Shown: piece by piece, positions 34,933 through 48,540 of the stretch
Position numbering within the stretch: position 1 is the first letter of the stretch
Layout of the letters: each line of letters opens with the position of its first letter
Source: Octopus bimaculoides
Taxonomy: Eukaryota
Length of the DNA: 56,165 nucleotides
Reading direction: 5' to 3'
Assembly (NCBI RefSeq): GCF_001194135.2
Contig: NC_068989.1
Coordinates: forward strand, 74,822,129-74,878,293
The notes under the pieces: model-generated
What the model was told of the DNA's origin: nothing
The model's database searches: none
Seen by the model: only the letters and a program-made list of their open reading frames with translations
Position numbers and translations under genes: made by a program

Positions 34933-36720
34933 CGTCATCATCATTATCGGCGTCGCCGTTGTAATAATCATTACCATTATTATTATTATTATTATCATTA
35001 TTATTATTATTATTATTAAGTCAAAATTAAAAGAAGAGTGCCATTTGCTATCTTGTGAACAATATTTCGACATATGTCGAAATATTGTTCACAAGATAGC
35101 AAATGGCNNNNNNNNNNNNNNNNNNNNNNNNNNNNNNNNNNNNNNNNNNNNNNNNNNNNNNNNNNNNNNNNNNNNNNNNNNNNNNNNNNNNNNNNNNNNN
35201 NNNNNNNNNNNNNNNNNNNNNNNNNNNNNNNNNNNNNNNNNNNNNNNNNNNNNNNNNNNNNNNNNNNNNNNNNNNNNNNNNNNNNNNNNNNNNNNNNNNN
35301 NNNNNNNNNNNNNNNNNNNNNNNNNNNNNNNNNNNNNNNNNNNNNNNNNNNNNNNNNNNNNNNNNNNNNNNNNNNNNNNNNNNNNNNNNNNNNNNNNNNN
35401 NNNNNNNNNNNNNNNNNNNNNNNNNTAGTAGTAGTAGTAGTAGTAGTAGGAGTAGTAGTAGTAGTAATTACAGCAGCGGCGGCAGCGGCAGTAGTAATAT
35501 CATTAGCAGTAGTGTTAGTTTTAGCGGTGGTAGAGGAGGTGGTATTAATGGTGTTACTATTGCAGTTATTAATAGTTGCGTTAGTGGTAGGAATGTTAAT
35601 AACAGTTCGGTTTTCAGTAATGGTAATATTGCCGTTGGTGTTAGTATTAATATTATTTCTATTCCTATTAGTAGTTGAAGTATAGGTATTATTAGTTGTA
35701 GTGGTTATAATGGTTATAATTAGTATTGTTAGTATCAGTGTGCCTATTAGTGTTTGCGTCGGTTTCAGGTGTGCACCCATTACCCTCAGAGGTGGGTATT
35801 ATATTATGTATGTTTAAGTTGTTTAAAGTGGTCGGGCCATGGGTGTTAGATATGTTATTGTGATCGGTGTTAGTGTTTTCATTGTGTAGGTATGTATTTA
35901 GAAAGTAGGAGCTAAGTTCATGTTTATTACATGAGGTGATTATAGATTCTATATTCGGTGTAGATGAATAGGATAATTTCAAAGTGGACCTGTTGAAGAT
36001 AGAAAGGTACTTATGATTACATGGGAAATTGGATTCTGCTTTTCTAAAGAAAGCATTAGCAAGGCCCTTTAAAGCGAATGGGGGTGTATACCAGAGAATA
36101 AATCTCCCGCTGCTTTTATTAGGCAAGTTAGAAGAGGTGTAAATCCTAGTGAGTGTTAGAGAGTTGGGAGGTCTAATGTTACTATTAGTGTTCGTAGATC
36201 GGTTGTTGTGCGTGCGGGTGCTAGGTGGGCGAAATCGACTGATCGTAGTAAGAGGGAATGGATTTCTAATACTTGTGCGCGTTTGTCCACAGCTAAGTTT
36301 CGAGAGGTGTTCCTTAAGTCTAGTGTTGGGTATAAGTCTAATCTTCTGGGAGAAACCACTAGCAACTAGAGCTTGGTTATAGTAGTTTTAGTAGTTTTGA
36401 AGATTTCTTCCTTGGCGGATAGATCGGATATTCTGATGGATATACCTATGATATTATGCTCGAAATTAGATTTACGGTGGGTAGATTCTGTGTTGATGTA
36501 TTTAAGGTATTGATTGGGTTTATGATATGGGAAGTATAGTGAAGAATTTTAATCTAAAGTAACATGTAGACAATTTGCTGTCTTATAAGAGTTTTCGAAA
36601 CAGCTGTAAGATTTTGAATTTCTTCCCATAAGGATATTGTATATGACTTGAGATGTTTGTCTTGCCTTAATATTTGCTGTCCTGTTTAACAATTATATAT
36701 CCGCTATATCGGAAATCCAT
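34300..36720 (-). mobile_element. Penelope-like retroelement (Neptune-type): RT C-terminus, N/T-rich linker, GIY-YIG endonuclease
   Basis: RFILWYTPPF...FPCNHKYLSIFNRSTLKLSYSSTPNIESIITSCNK; CNCRSGTDCSLQAQC...VCRCTV...YYIGSSTNFKQRY. Disrupted, with a gap inside. Confidence 0.85.
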
Positions 36721-36832
36721 AACTACCGTCTCGGCTATAATCTTGGAGCCCCAGTAATCCGTTACGGCACTTACCTAGCGTATCTAATCGTTTTGATTAT
36801 CTGAGAACTAACCCCCATACTGTGTGTGTATG

Positions 36833-36875
<43 letters not shown>

Positions 36876-37029
36876 TCTTCTCCCTCTTTTTCTCTTTTTC
36901 TCACTAAATGTATGTGTATTTATATATGTACAAATACACACACACAAACACACACATACACGTTCTATACTAATTTATAAAGACGGTGCGCCACTTCTTA
37001 TGCATCGTAATATGTGATTGTATAATATG

Positions 37030-38510
37030 TATATGCACAAATATATACACACACATACAAATACACATTCATAAAAATGAAGACACTAAATGAAGTTCTA
37101 CAGGTGTTTTTTTTTTTGGTTTTGTTTTTTTCAATATAACACTTACTCACATAATACTAGTGTGTATGTATAACACAATAACGCACGGATTTCACTACTG
37201 AGGGCATTGATTTCCATGAAAATTGTTCTTTGTATACGAATGGCTATATCTTAACATATTGTGACTTTAGCATTAACGACTGTTTTACACACCTGGTAAC
37301 CTATATCCACCTAATTGTTTTAATATTTTTAGATGTTATTCATCTTTATTTTGGTTTTCATGTAAACACTTCCAATGTATTCAATATGTTTTCGCTTTGT
37401 TCCCGCTGTTGGTGGTTTTATTGTGCAAAACTTTATATTAAATATTGCTTGTGGTTTTGTTGTGTTATGTTTGATATTGAATATTGGTTCAATAGTTAGT
37501 TGTGCTTAAAAAGAAACTCTCTGATGACGTTCGCGAGAATCAAATTGAAAACACGGAAGGCGCGGTCTTATTATAATGAAGAATGAACGAGAAAATCACA
37601 GCTTCATGACAGTGACGTAGTTGGTCACAAAGTCTCTTAAATATCAACACACATATTTTGATCTCATTTAAATTAACAAGATGTTGATCAAAACGTCTCC
37701 ATCATGAGCGGTATAAAATAAGGTAAGATTGTAGATATGTTTTTCCTAATTCTTTCTCCATCACATGCTGGTTTGTAGAGGGGCTCACTCTAAATACAGT
37801 TTCTTACTTATGAACGAGATACCAATGTAACACAAGCGTTCCCACTCAGATCTGATAATATTTTAAGCTTTCTCAGTTGAAGACATTTTAATGCATTTGA
37901 TAATTCGGTTTCAAACCATTAGTCATCACCTTTAATTCTACAATGTAATGTTTATGCATAAACTCTATACTCCTATGATCCCATTTAAACCTATATACCT
38001 TCTAGGGATTATATTCTTTATACCCTATACATATATGGATCCAAAACCTAATACATGATGTGATATGCCTTGGCATAATTCCAAAATATTGTGCTTTGGA
38101 AAAGAAATTATTTATAAATAGATCATAATAAAATTGGAGTATCTTTTGTGAAGTACAAATCTGTGAAATATTAGTGAACGATAAATTAAACATGCCGTTA
38201 ACTATCACTTTTAATTCTATAATATAGTATCTATATATAACTATACATCTATTTTATCATTTAACTCAATATATAATCTAGTGGTTATATTTCTTTATAT
38301 TGTATACATAGACAAAACTAAAACCGAAGATTTTCTTTAATATTCCATGGTATAATTGTAATGTATTGTACTTTGAATAGTGATAATTTATATAAAGGCG
38401 AAAATAATAAAATTAGAGTATATTTTGTGAAGCACAAATCTGTAAAGTATTAGTGAACGATCAATTAAATATGCCCATTGGATTAAAACTCGGCCATTCA
38501 GCAAATAACA
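37030..38510 (+). repeat. Paralogous upstream block of GPCR copy 4, including a ~280-bp local tandem duplication (37920-38198 / 38199-38480)
   Basis: The segment (c/t)tttaattcta...ataataaaatt(g/a)gagtat(c/a)ttttgtgaag...tattagtgaacgat occurs twice in succession. Confidence 0.8.
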
Positions 38511-38899
38511 AAACCAGTTTTGAGTTCTATATATCTTTTATCTTTTACTTGTTTCAGTCATTAGACTACGACATTGCTGAATCACAGAAATTAGCAAGGG
38601 GAGTGGTATTTGAAACAAAGGTAATGTGAGGGGAGAGGGTGGGGAAATATTTTTGGTGAAGGGAGAGAAAAAAGTATGCATGAAGAAGGCAAGATAGAAT
38701 GGGCAAGAATGGTGGCAGCTAATTAAGGAGTGGATAGCGTGCGTAGTGAGCGTGTTTACAGCATGAAGTAGTAGAGGTGTATGTTGGCGTATGTACTTGC
38801 AAGGAAAGATATAGAGTGGAGTATGTAAATGACAATAAGGAATTAAATGGAATATATATTGTCGGTTTAATATAAAGAGGTATGGGGCTGTTGTTATTT

Positions 38900-39520
38900 G
38901 TAATTTGAGAATAGATTTAGTGATCGATATTTGCAGGTAAAAATTATACTGCTGCGTTCATAAAGACGATCTGTGGATTTCAAAATAGCTAAGACCTCGG
39001 TTATGCAAAGATCACACTTGTTATCATAGCTGCTGTATGGTTTGGCGTGGGTGACTATGGATAATTTGAGAGTGTGAGGAGTTGAATCAATCTTTAATTT
39101 ATTGATAAGCTGAGATAACGATGTACTGTTGGATTTTGTTTAGGACTTAAAACTGGGGTATTGGTTGCTCGCTCTAGCTTTGAAGGTTGTGCTGCATGAG
39201 CCGATAAATATGCACTTACAGTTGGCAGCCGAGACTGTACACTTGTAAACGATGCTTTTTGTGAGACAGTGGTTATCTAAAGTAGAGGAGGTTGGGCGTT
39301 TGCAGCTGCATAGGTTTGTAGTAGGTGTTCCAGATGAACTTGTGAGGGGATTGTTATTTCGTGAGGAACCAGTGTTAGGTTCGTTATTATTGCAGGCGTT
39401 ATGATTAGTATTTGTTAGAGAGTTGAGAGTAGTGCTGTGGGGTTGTATATTATGATAATTATCGTGCCCAGTGGTATCGTCTGTGTCGTTTCCTATTTTT
39501 ACAAGATGCATAGTGAGACG
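38900..39520 (-). mobile_element. Penelope-like GIY-YIG endonuclease fragment
   Basis: N/T-rich linker, then CSCKRP...DNHCLTKSIVYKCTV...IFIGSCSTTFKAR...NSTSLSQLI...AKPYSSYDNKCDLCITEVLAILKS. Confidence 0.85.
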
Positions 39521-40158
39521 CTGTGGTAAATTATTGAATTTCCGATTTAGACACTGCTTACCATATTCTCTTCACTGAGGATCCTGCTGGGTTGACGGTT
39601 CATGTTGGTCAGCCACAAGCTACAGAGTCACTGAGGATGAGGAAGTATCTCACGGGGATGGAGACTGACTGGGACTTTACCCGACGGGTCATCCAGGAGG
39701 GCCCTTAAATATACCAACAAATGGTGAATGTAGTAAAATGCTGCAACGACGCAGCTCCCTCATCAAATCTCACCTGCATATACTGAATACATGTACGTGC
39801 TCGTGTGCCTGAATTAGCATGGGTGCCTACATATGTATCTGTCTTTACGATAATGTGTGTAATTATATACTTCTTATTTTACAGAAACCCGTATCATCTT
39901 CGAATATAGAGCTTCATTTAGGAATGAAAATATTTCGTATTGTTTCCATTACAAGAGAGCTGGAAAACAAGAGATATAAACTGTAATCCTGAATGACATT
40001 AACATTTAGAATGAAATGTGGAAACCGAAAGATAATTACTTTCTATCATTCAGGTAACAGTTAAACTTCAAAAATACATATCAGGTCTCTTGTTTGAATT
40101 AAAGTAACACCGGGAATTAAAGAGTCAGTTATTCCAATGTCAATTATATCTTTTAAAA

Positions 40159-42201
40159 ATGGAAACTTTTATTCTAATGTGCGTGCTTTTTCTTCTATTG
40201 TTCTTAAATATTGTATCACATGCCACAGAATTCAACAACTGTAGTCCAGGTTTGTGTTCTGATCCTCCTGTATATGACGTACCTGAACGTTGTTCGTGTC
40301 GCCCGGACTGCTACCTCTACAATGAATGTTGTTCGGACAAGATTAATAAAACCACTTCTGATCACAAACAACCCTATCCATCAATATATTATAGCTGTAG
40401 AAAGGTTAGCGGTTCTTATTATTATCAGTTTGACCATTGTCCACCTAACCATGATGTTACAGAGTATGTAAACAACTGTGAAAATCCTGACTCAGATGAC
40501 CAACTACAAAACATACCCGCTTTTGGTAAAACAAGCAAAAGATTATTTAGGAACCTATATTGTTCTCTCTGTCATGGAGAGGAATTCATTCTTTGGAATC
40601 TTTTATATGAATGCAATTTTATCCTTTCTCCAAGCATTGAAAATATATCAAATTACGTCAAGGATGGAATATGTGAACCAACTCTGAAGCTTCCTTCAGA
40701 AGATTTAGAGAAATATTTGTATTCCTGTATTCCATATATTTCGAATTGTCCTCAAGATAACACTAATATGGAACAAAGAATCACATGTGAATCCGAGGCC
40801 ATGGCATTAATATATTTAGATGAGGAAAAATATTTTATACATACCAAATATAAAGATTTTAACTTTTACAAAAACAGAGGTTGTGCCACATGCAACGGTG
40901 TTTTTGAAGTTCCGTGTGAATTATTTTATCCTATAATGCTCGGAAATCATGTTATTCCACCATTAACGATCCTTTTCAATTATCATACAAAATCCATAAA
41001 GATAACAGATAAACACATCGGAACGGAAGATACGCTTCTGCAGTTACCATCGTGTCCAAAACATGCTGTCTACGATATGAATACTAAGGAATGTCGGCAA
41101 GTTATCTACCATCATCAACTAAACTGTACAACAACAAGATTAAATGAATCTGAGTATTACATCACCAGTGATGGTCTTCTTTACTTAAATAATGCTCAAC
41201 GTTTTCTAAACCAATCAGAATTCACTCGTGATTCTCAAGGTATAATAAGTATCTGTGTAAACAATGGTACCAATAATATATCAAATATCAATGGTATATC
41301 AAAATATTCCGTAGCTGAGAGCTATATCACATTAGTGGGACTCGTAATCTCTATTCCAGCTCTAGCAATCACTATTATAGTCTACCTCTGTATTCCTGAT
41401 CTCCGTACTTTACCAGGTAAATTACTCATTAGTCTTTTGTCAGCACTGTTTGTAGCTGAGCTTCTTTTTCTTATCTCAACAAAAGTCACTACATCTACAG
41501 TGATGTGTATATCTTTAGCTATAGTGATACATTATTCGTTTCTAGCGACTTTCTTCTGGATGAATGTCATGTCATTTGATGCTTGGTACACTTTCTCAGG
41601 ACTCACACAGCTTCGGAGTAAAGGAAAAGGTACCAAGAGACTTGCATTATATTCTTTGTATGGCTGGATCTGTCCACTTGTAATAGTAACTATTTCACTG
41701 ATATTCGAGTACACACCTGGAAATCATGGACTTTCTCCAGAATATGGAAATGGTATATGCTGGATTAAAAATGGAAAAAGTCTGCTGTGGCTCTTTGCAA
41801 TTCCTGTAATGTTTATTTTATGTCTTAATTGCATAGCATTTATCCTCACCACTAGAGGGCTTTATATGGCTAGCAAATTTTCTTCAAAATATTTATCGAA
41901 ACATAGCAGAAATGAATTCTTTATTTGCCTAAAACTATATCTTGTTATGGGACTAACATGGACATTCGCATTCATGTATACATTTACCAGAATTGAAGAA
42001 TTTTCTCTATTATTTTGTATTTTAAACTCATTCGTTGGAGTATTTATTTGTGTATCGTTTCTATCAACAAAAATTGTTCGTCGCAGTATTCTTCGTAATT
42101 TTCGCAAAATTGCAAAATTGCCTACAAAAGAATTTACTGATGTTTCTTCTGCTCCTAAAACAATATCAATGGATATATCAACTGAAAAGTCAGTTAACTA
42201 A
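40159..42201 (+). CDS. Class B-type (Methuselah-like/SMB-domain) 7TM GPCR, copy 4, 680 aa
   Basis: Intact ORF with the same cysteine scaffold and 7TM motifs as the other copies. Confidence 0.96.
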   Translation: METFILMCVLFLLLFLNIVSHATEFNNCSPGLCSDPPVYDVPERCSCRPDCYLYNECCSDKINKTTSDHKQPYPSIYYSCRKVSGSYYYQFDHCPPNHDVTEYVNNCENPDSDDQLQNIPAFGKTSKRLFRNLYCSLCHGEEFILWNLLYECNFILSPSIENISNYVKDGICEPTLKLPSEDLEKYLYSCIPYISNCPQDNTNMEQRITCESEAMALIYLDEEKYFIHTKYKDFNFYKNRGCATCNGVFEVPCELFYPIMLGNHVIPPLTILFNYHTKSIKITDKHIGTEDTLLQLPSCPKHAVYDMNTKECRQVIYHHQLNCTTTRLNESEYYITSDGLLYLNNAQRFLNQSEFTRDSQGIISICVNNGTNNISNINGISKYSVAESYITLVGLVISIPALAITIIVYLCIPDLRTLPGKLLISLLSALFVAELLFLISTKVTTSTVMCISLAIVIHYSFLATFFWMNVMSFDAWYTFSGLTQLRSKGKGTKRLALYSLYGWICPLVIVTISLIFEYTPGNHGLSPEYGNGICWIKNGKSLLWLFAIPVMFILCLNCIAFILTTRGLYMASKFSSKYLSKHSRNEFFICLKLYLVMGLTWTFAFMYTFTRIEEFSLLFCILNSFVGVFICVSFLSTKIVRRSILRNFRKIAKLPTKEFTDVSSAPKTISMDISTEKSVN

Positions 42202-42388
42202 CATCTCAGATGCCCTGATAAAAAAAAAGACCTACATGGAGTATATAGAGGTTCTCCCTCATCTTCATTAGTGCTGCTAGAAATAACAACGAACTTTTCA
42301 TGAAATAATACCTTCGTAAAGAGAAGGAAATACGATTTTAAATAAACCATGTTTGAAAAAACGTCGGGATGATCAACGTTGGAATACT

Positions 42389-42389
42389 T

Positions 42390-42432
<43 letters not shown>

Positions 42433-42759
42433 TTATTGATAGATAGATAGATACATACATACATACATACATACATACATACATACATNNNNNNNNNNNN
42501 NNNNNNNNNNNNNNNNNNNNNNNNNNNNNNNNNNNNNNNNNNNNNNNNNNNNNNNNNNNNNNNNNNNNNNNNNNNNNNNNNNNNNNNNNNNNNNNNNNNN
42601 NNNNNNNNNNNNNNNNNNNNNNNNNNNNNNNNNNNNNNNNNNNNNNNNNNNNNNNNNNNNNNNNNNNNNNNNNNNNNNNNNNNNNNNNNNNNNNNNNNNN
42701 NNNNNNNNNNNNNNNNNNNNNNNNNNNNNNNNNNNNNNNNNNNNNNNNNNNNNNNNNNN

Positions 42760-42802
<43 letters not shown>
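42389..42802. repeat. (GATA)n/(CATA)n ... gap ... (TGCG)n microsatellites
   Basis: Direct inspection; the repeats flank an N-gap. Confidence 0.95.
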
Positions 42803-45800
42803 AAATTTTACAACTTTTATTATTAGTAGCTCCCTTTTTCATCAGCCTCCTTTCGGTCGCACAGTTCACAGTGGTCCACCTCCAAATCTGAAGATGTTGT
42901 TGCTCTCGCTTTTGAGTATACATGGAACATACTTATTTCTTTCTTTATTGTTCAGCAGAAGCTGTGTGAGTGATACATTCAAAGGCTGTTTGGATTGGCC
43001 TTATTCCTCTTCCGCCATCATTTCGTCTCATTTAAATCCTACCGTTGTTGCTGTTAAGCTGTTAAAGTGGAAGTCACTAGTGGTGGTCAGTACCTCTCTG
43101 GCTTCGGTGCCCAGGCCGTGTATCTCCCCGAGTGTCCAGTTCAACATGCAAAATGTTGGTACTGGCACATGTATGCATGTATGCATGTATATATGTCATT
43201 ATTCACTTTATTTCAAGATTTCTTGCCAATACAGAAAGAACTGGTTTCTAACCTAGATCCAAGGTTCCTTCATTGGAATTTCAGCATCAATAACAGGGGA
43301 ATTTTTGTATGTATGTATGTATGTATGTATGTATGTATGTATGTATGTATGTATGTACGTGCAGATTTTTTTGTATGTTTTATGTATATATTCTCATGCA
43401 TAGAGTTGCGTATCTAGACATGCTCATATATATTTAAATGATAAACTTCTGGAAAGTTTTACAGATTTTTACTCTTCCAGTGATTGATTGGATCTGTAGC
43501 CTTCGAATTAGCTTTCTCCTTTCTGGTTTTGAGAAGCCTAATTTCTCAAGATCAGTATTTTTGTGTTTAGAATCCTTTTAAATACGTTATTTTTGTGAAT
43601 GAAAATTATGAAAGCCAATTTTCAAATTTTAACTGTTATGAATGTCATATCTGGTAAATAAATTGTAATGCGCAGACATATTTGCAACACAAGTAATAAA
43701 AAAATAATAAAACTATTTACAGATATTGTTATTTTTTTTCCTGGAATTTCTCGTTTCGGTTTCATTTTGTCTCGAGCACCAAGCGTAATCTGTTGTTTGA
43801 TTCATATTTTCCGTGCCTTGATCATCCACCATGAATTTTTCTTTCTATAGAAACGACTTATGATGAAGACATAATGAAAATTTTAAAATAGTTTTTTGCT
43901 ATGTTTTCTAGAATTTTATAGAAACAGTCCACATAATGATGTAGTAGGTAGATGAAAATTTCCGAAAGGATAATCTTCGGGGAGCAAAACAGCTAAAGAA
44001 TGAGGTCGCTTTTGTGGTTTACGAAAATATGAATAAGAATCGACCTGTCAACAGGGGCATTGCTTTGGTGTAACATCCATATTTTGTTCATGCTTTAAGA
44101 CAGTATTTATTTGATTAATACAGAAAGCAGTTGTGACCTACAGACGAATAGATTACGTGATATTCATGAATAATTCTTTTACAAGATCTCTTGTTTGTAG
44201 TGATTGAAGTTAAATGTTGCAATGGCGGGAATATATAACTGATCAGAAATCTTTGACTTAGATCGTGGAATTTCTTATTTCAGAAATAATATTAGATTAT
44301 TTGCTAAAATGACTTAGTTTTGCGCAGCATAATGACCAAATACTCATATTATATATACTTTTTATTAGCTTGCCATCATCAGCCCCTACCATTGCAGAGC
44401 AACCACCATGTCCCCTAGATATAGCTATAGTTTTTCTAGATCAAAATCAAATTTTGGAAACTGATCAATGATTGTAATGGTAATAAAACAGCATCGAATT
44501 TACTTTGCAGTGTAAAGCCAATCAATTCCTCTTAAATTATATTATGAAGGTAAGTTTTGTCAAGAAACCGTACACAAAGTTATATCTACTCCTTCACAGA
44601 TACATTAGCACTCACAATAGAAATCATTGAAACTCCGGGTAAAACACTGAGAAGAGAAACGTTTTCCCTTAAAATTTCTTTACACAATTTCGTTAGTTCA
44701 TTTTGCATACGGATAAATGTATAACGACCAAGGCAATAATTATCCGGAAGTTTTTACAGTCACATCATTTACTCCTTTGCAATATCTGTAAAGACTTTGT
44801 AAGCAATGTCATGAGAAGTAAATAGCAATATCATTGGGTTATAGGAATTTTTTTTTTTCGATCTTCTGCTTCCAGTCGTTTCAGGTACTGTCAATATGAC
44901 ACAGAATGTATTTTATTTCTAGTTTGCTTCAGAACGCTATAAAACGTTTGCATCCACTTCGATGACATTTGTTAGATATATAAATAATCCAATCACAAAC
45001 TCCACGCACGTTAAAACACTTTAATGATAAAAGTAACATTTGTCCTAAGACGAAAAGGCAATGCAAGAATTGTGCAGTAGGTGCAGAGCTTCATTTCATC
45101 TATAAACAGCTAACCCATAGCAAATATTTTCACAGCGGAGCTTGTGTGTTTCATTGGCATCCTATTTGAAACAATAACTTGCTATAGATAACGCTTCACG
45201 AAAAAGATTGTATTGGAGACTATCTGTTAGTTTGTTCCACAAAAAGCATCTAACTCGATGGTATACTCACCAAATAACTTCACCATGGACGCGATTTAAT
45301 CTAGCTAAAATGTAGTGATTCGTTGATCTTCAGGTACTTAAAGTTTCGTTTACATCTAAACTAACAATTTCGAAAACTCTCTAATGACCAATTCTGAAAA
45401 ATTAGTTAAGAAATAATCTAGGCTTTCTCGCAAGCCTACAGTGAACATAGTGAACATAGGTGCGCCGAAAAAACAAGAACTTAATATAAAACAATGGGAA
45501 CCTGGCATTTGTGTCATTATCATCTAATATCACAGTAAAAAAAATGACAACGTAATTTAAAGTCGAACAATTCCTGTGACCGATCACTATATGTGTATAT
45601 GTATGTTCCTATATATNNNNNNNNNNNNNNNNNNNNNNNNNNNNNNNNNNNNNNNNNNNNNNNNNNNNNNNNNNNNNNNNNNNNNNNNNNNNNNNNNNNN
45701 NNNNNNNNNNNNNNNNNNNNNNNNNNNNNNNNNNNNNNNNNNNNNNNNNNNNNNNNNNNNNNNNNNNNNNNNNNNNNNNNNNNNNNNNNNNNNNNNNNNN

Positions 45801-46404
45801 NNNNNNNNNNNNNNNNNNNNNNNNNNNNNNNNNNNNNNNNNNNNNNNNNNNNNNNNNNNNNNNNNNNNNNNNNNNNNNNNNNNNNNNNNNNNNNNNNNNN
45901 NNNNNNNNNNNNNNNNNNNNNNNNNNNNNNNNNNNNNNNNNNNNNNNNNNNNNNNNNNNNNNNNNNNNNNNNNNNNNNNNNNNNNNNNNNNNNNNNNNNN
46001 NNNNNNNNNNNNNNNNNNNNNNNNNNNNNNNNNNNNNNNNNNNNNNNNNNNNNNNNNNNNNNNNNNNNNNNNNNNNNNNNNNNNNNNNNNNNNNNNNNNN
46101 NNNNNNNNNNNNNNNNNNNNNNNNNNNNNNNNNNNNNNNNNNNNNNNNNNNNNNNNNNNNNNNNNNNNNNNNNNNNNNNNNNNNNNNNNNNNNNNNNNNN
46201 NNNNNNNNNNNNNNNNNNNNNNNNNNNNNNNNNNNNNNNNNNNNNNNNNNNNNNNNNNNNNNNNNNNNNNNNNNNNNNNNNNNNNNNNNNNNNNNNNNNN
46301 NNNNNNNNNNNNNNNNNNNNNNNNNNNNNNNNNNNNNNNNNNNNNNNNNNNNNNNNNNNNNNNNNNNNNNNNNNNNNNNNNNNNNNNNNNNNNNNNNNNN
46401 NNNN

Positions 46405-46436
<32 letters not shown>

Positions 46437-46472
46437 GTGTGTGTGTGTGTGTGTGTGTCTATATTCTTTTAT

Positions 46473-46857
46473 TCTCTTGTTTCAGTTATTTGATTGCCAC
46501 CATGCTGGAGCACCACCTTTAGTCGAACAATTCAACTCCACAACCCATTCTTTGTAAGCCTGTACTTATTCTATCAATTTCTCTCGCCGAACCGGTAAGT
46601 TACCGGGATGCAAACACACCATTATCGGTTATTAAGCGATGAGGGGTCAAACACACACAAATGCACACACACACACATACATTTATATACATCGGACGGG
46701 CTTCTTCCAGTTTCCATCTACCATATACACTCACAAGGCTTTGGTCAGCCCGAGGTTATTGTATAAGACACTCACCCAAAGTACCACGCAGTGGGACTGA
46801 ACCCGGAACCATGTGGTTGGGAAGCAAACTTCTTACCACACAGCCACGCCTGCACCT
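46473..46857 (-). mobile_element. SINE family B, near full length (reverse)
   Basis: Reverse complement of 48541-48960. Confidence 0.9.
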
Positions 46858-46910
46858 AATAAGGAATAATTTGGACAAATACGTATGATTTGATTGGTGT
46901 ATTTAATTAA

Positions 46911-46972
<62 letters not shown>

Positions 46973-47064
46973 CCAGGAGGTCATGCATTTATATATATAT
47001 ATGTGTGTACATTTATGTATGTATGTACATGTATGTATACATATATATATATGGTGTTATAATA

Positions 47065-47537
47065 TATATAATAACTATACACCTGTTTTATCATTTAGCC
47101 TAATATATAATCTAGTGGTTATATTTCTTTATATCGTATACATAGATGTAACCAAAACCTAAAATTTTAGAATGGCATAATTGTAATATATTGTACTTTG
47201 AATTGAATAGTAATAAGCGGTAATAAAAGCATTAGAGTATCTTTTGTGAAGTACAAATCTGTAAGGTATTAGTGAACGATCAATCAAGCATGACCAATGG
47301 ATTAAACCTTTGTCGTTTAGCAAGTTACAATAGCAACATTACATTTTATATATGCTTAATCCTTCACGTGTTTTAATCATGAGACTGCGGTCAGAATTTT
47401 TAGTCGAATGAATCAATCACAATACTTTTCATTTTTTTTTCCTTAGGACTGGTACTTATTTTGTCGCTCTTTTTGCCGAACCGCTATGTACGGGGACGTG
47501 AACACACCAACACCGGTGTGGCGATACACAGACACAA

Positions 47538-47579
<42 letters not shown>

Positions 47580-48235
47580 ACACACACACACACACTTATA
47601 TACACACAATGGGCTTCCTATTTTCGTCTACAAAATCCATTCACAAGACTTTAGTCGACCCGAGATTGTAGTAGAGGACACTTGCGAAACACAGCATATA
47701 TTTGTTTGTGTATCCCTGCATCATTTCTGTCCGCAGATAGATGTGTATCCGTAAATGCAATACATATTACTTGATTGCACGCAGAAAGATCCTCACGAAC
47801 GCAATTTTGCGCTTGGTGTTGCTTTGTGGGAGGTCTCAGATATTTATTTTGAAAAATTGGTGTGATCGCTGGCTTTGCAGTAATGGTGGCCATCTGGGGT
47901 CTATTATTTATGGCTGACTTAGGTGGTGGCGTGCGTTGCTTTGTTCTAAAGGCTCCTTGTATAAGGCTGCCCAATCACAGTGGTTTCACCCTTATTCGAC
48001 CAGCCAGCAATATAGGAAAAAAACTACATAAAACTAAATCCCCTGCGTTTTAATACGCAGGTTTGTGACAGTTTTCTCATTAATTTGTTTGATCACTTTA
48101 TGGTGAACTTGTTTGTTCACCGAATTCATTTTGTTGACCCTAGGGTGCCCAGTGAGTGGAGATAAGAAAACAACATGTAGATAGACATGGGGATTCGGCA
48201 TCTCACTTCGCCCTTATTATATCAAGCTAAAGTTA
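47065..48235 (+). repeat. Orphan copy of the GPCR upstream duplicated block (interrupted by a SINE)
   Basis: 47065-47335 resembles 30080-30345 and 38220-38510; 47950-48235 resembles 20040-20300. No + strand GPCR follows. Confidence 0.75.
47365..47690 (-). mobile_element. SINE family B, degenerate (reverse)
   Basis: gccgaaccgcta...ggggacg.aaacac, (CA)n, gggctt...cacaagactttagtcgacccgag. Confidence 0.8.
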
Positions 48236-48540
48236 CATATGGTATTTTAGAAAAGATGAATAAGAAATGAAAAAATGCTGAAAATAAAACATGTATCTGA
48301 AAATACTTGATCTTTTATTATATTTTATTACATGTGTTGCAAATGTATCTTCGTATTACAACTTGTTTAATTCAATAAGATAAAAAATAATCCTAGATAA
48401 AGTAAATTCAAAGCTTAGCTTCAATAATTTTTCTTCGTCAAAGAATGATACGTCTAATAAGATTCTAAATCTGACAAAAGATTACATTTAATTCAGGATA
48501 GTATTTAGAAGACACCTCTGCTGAAAACATTAATAAATAT

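Noticed and set aside
43000-45600. AT-rich interval downstream of copy 4, searched for another receptor copy or exons
   Set aside because: No family motifs, splice-bounded ORFs or recognisable repeats found by eye.
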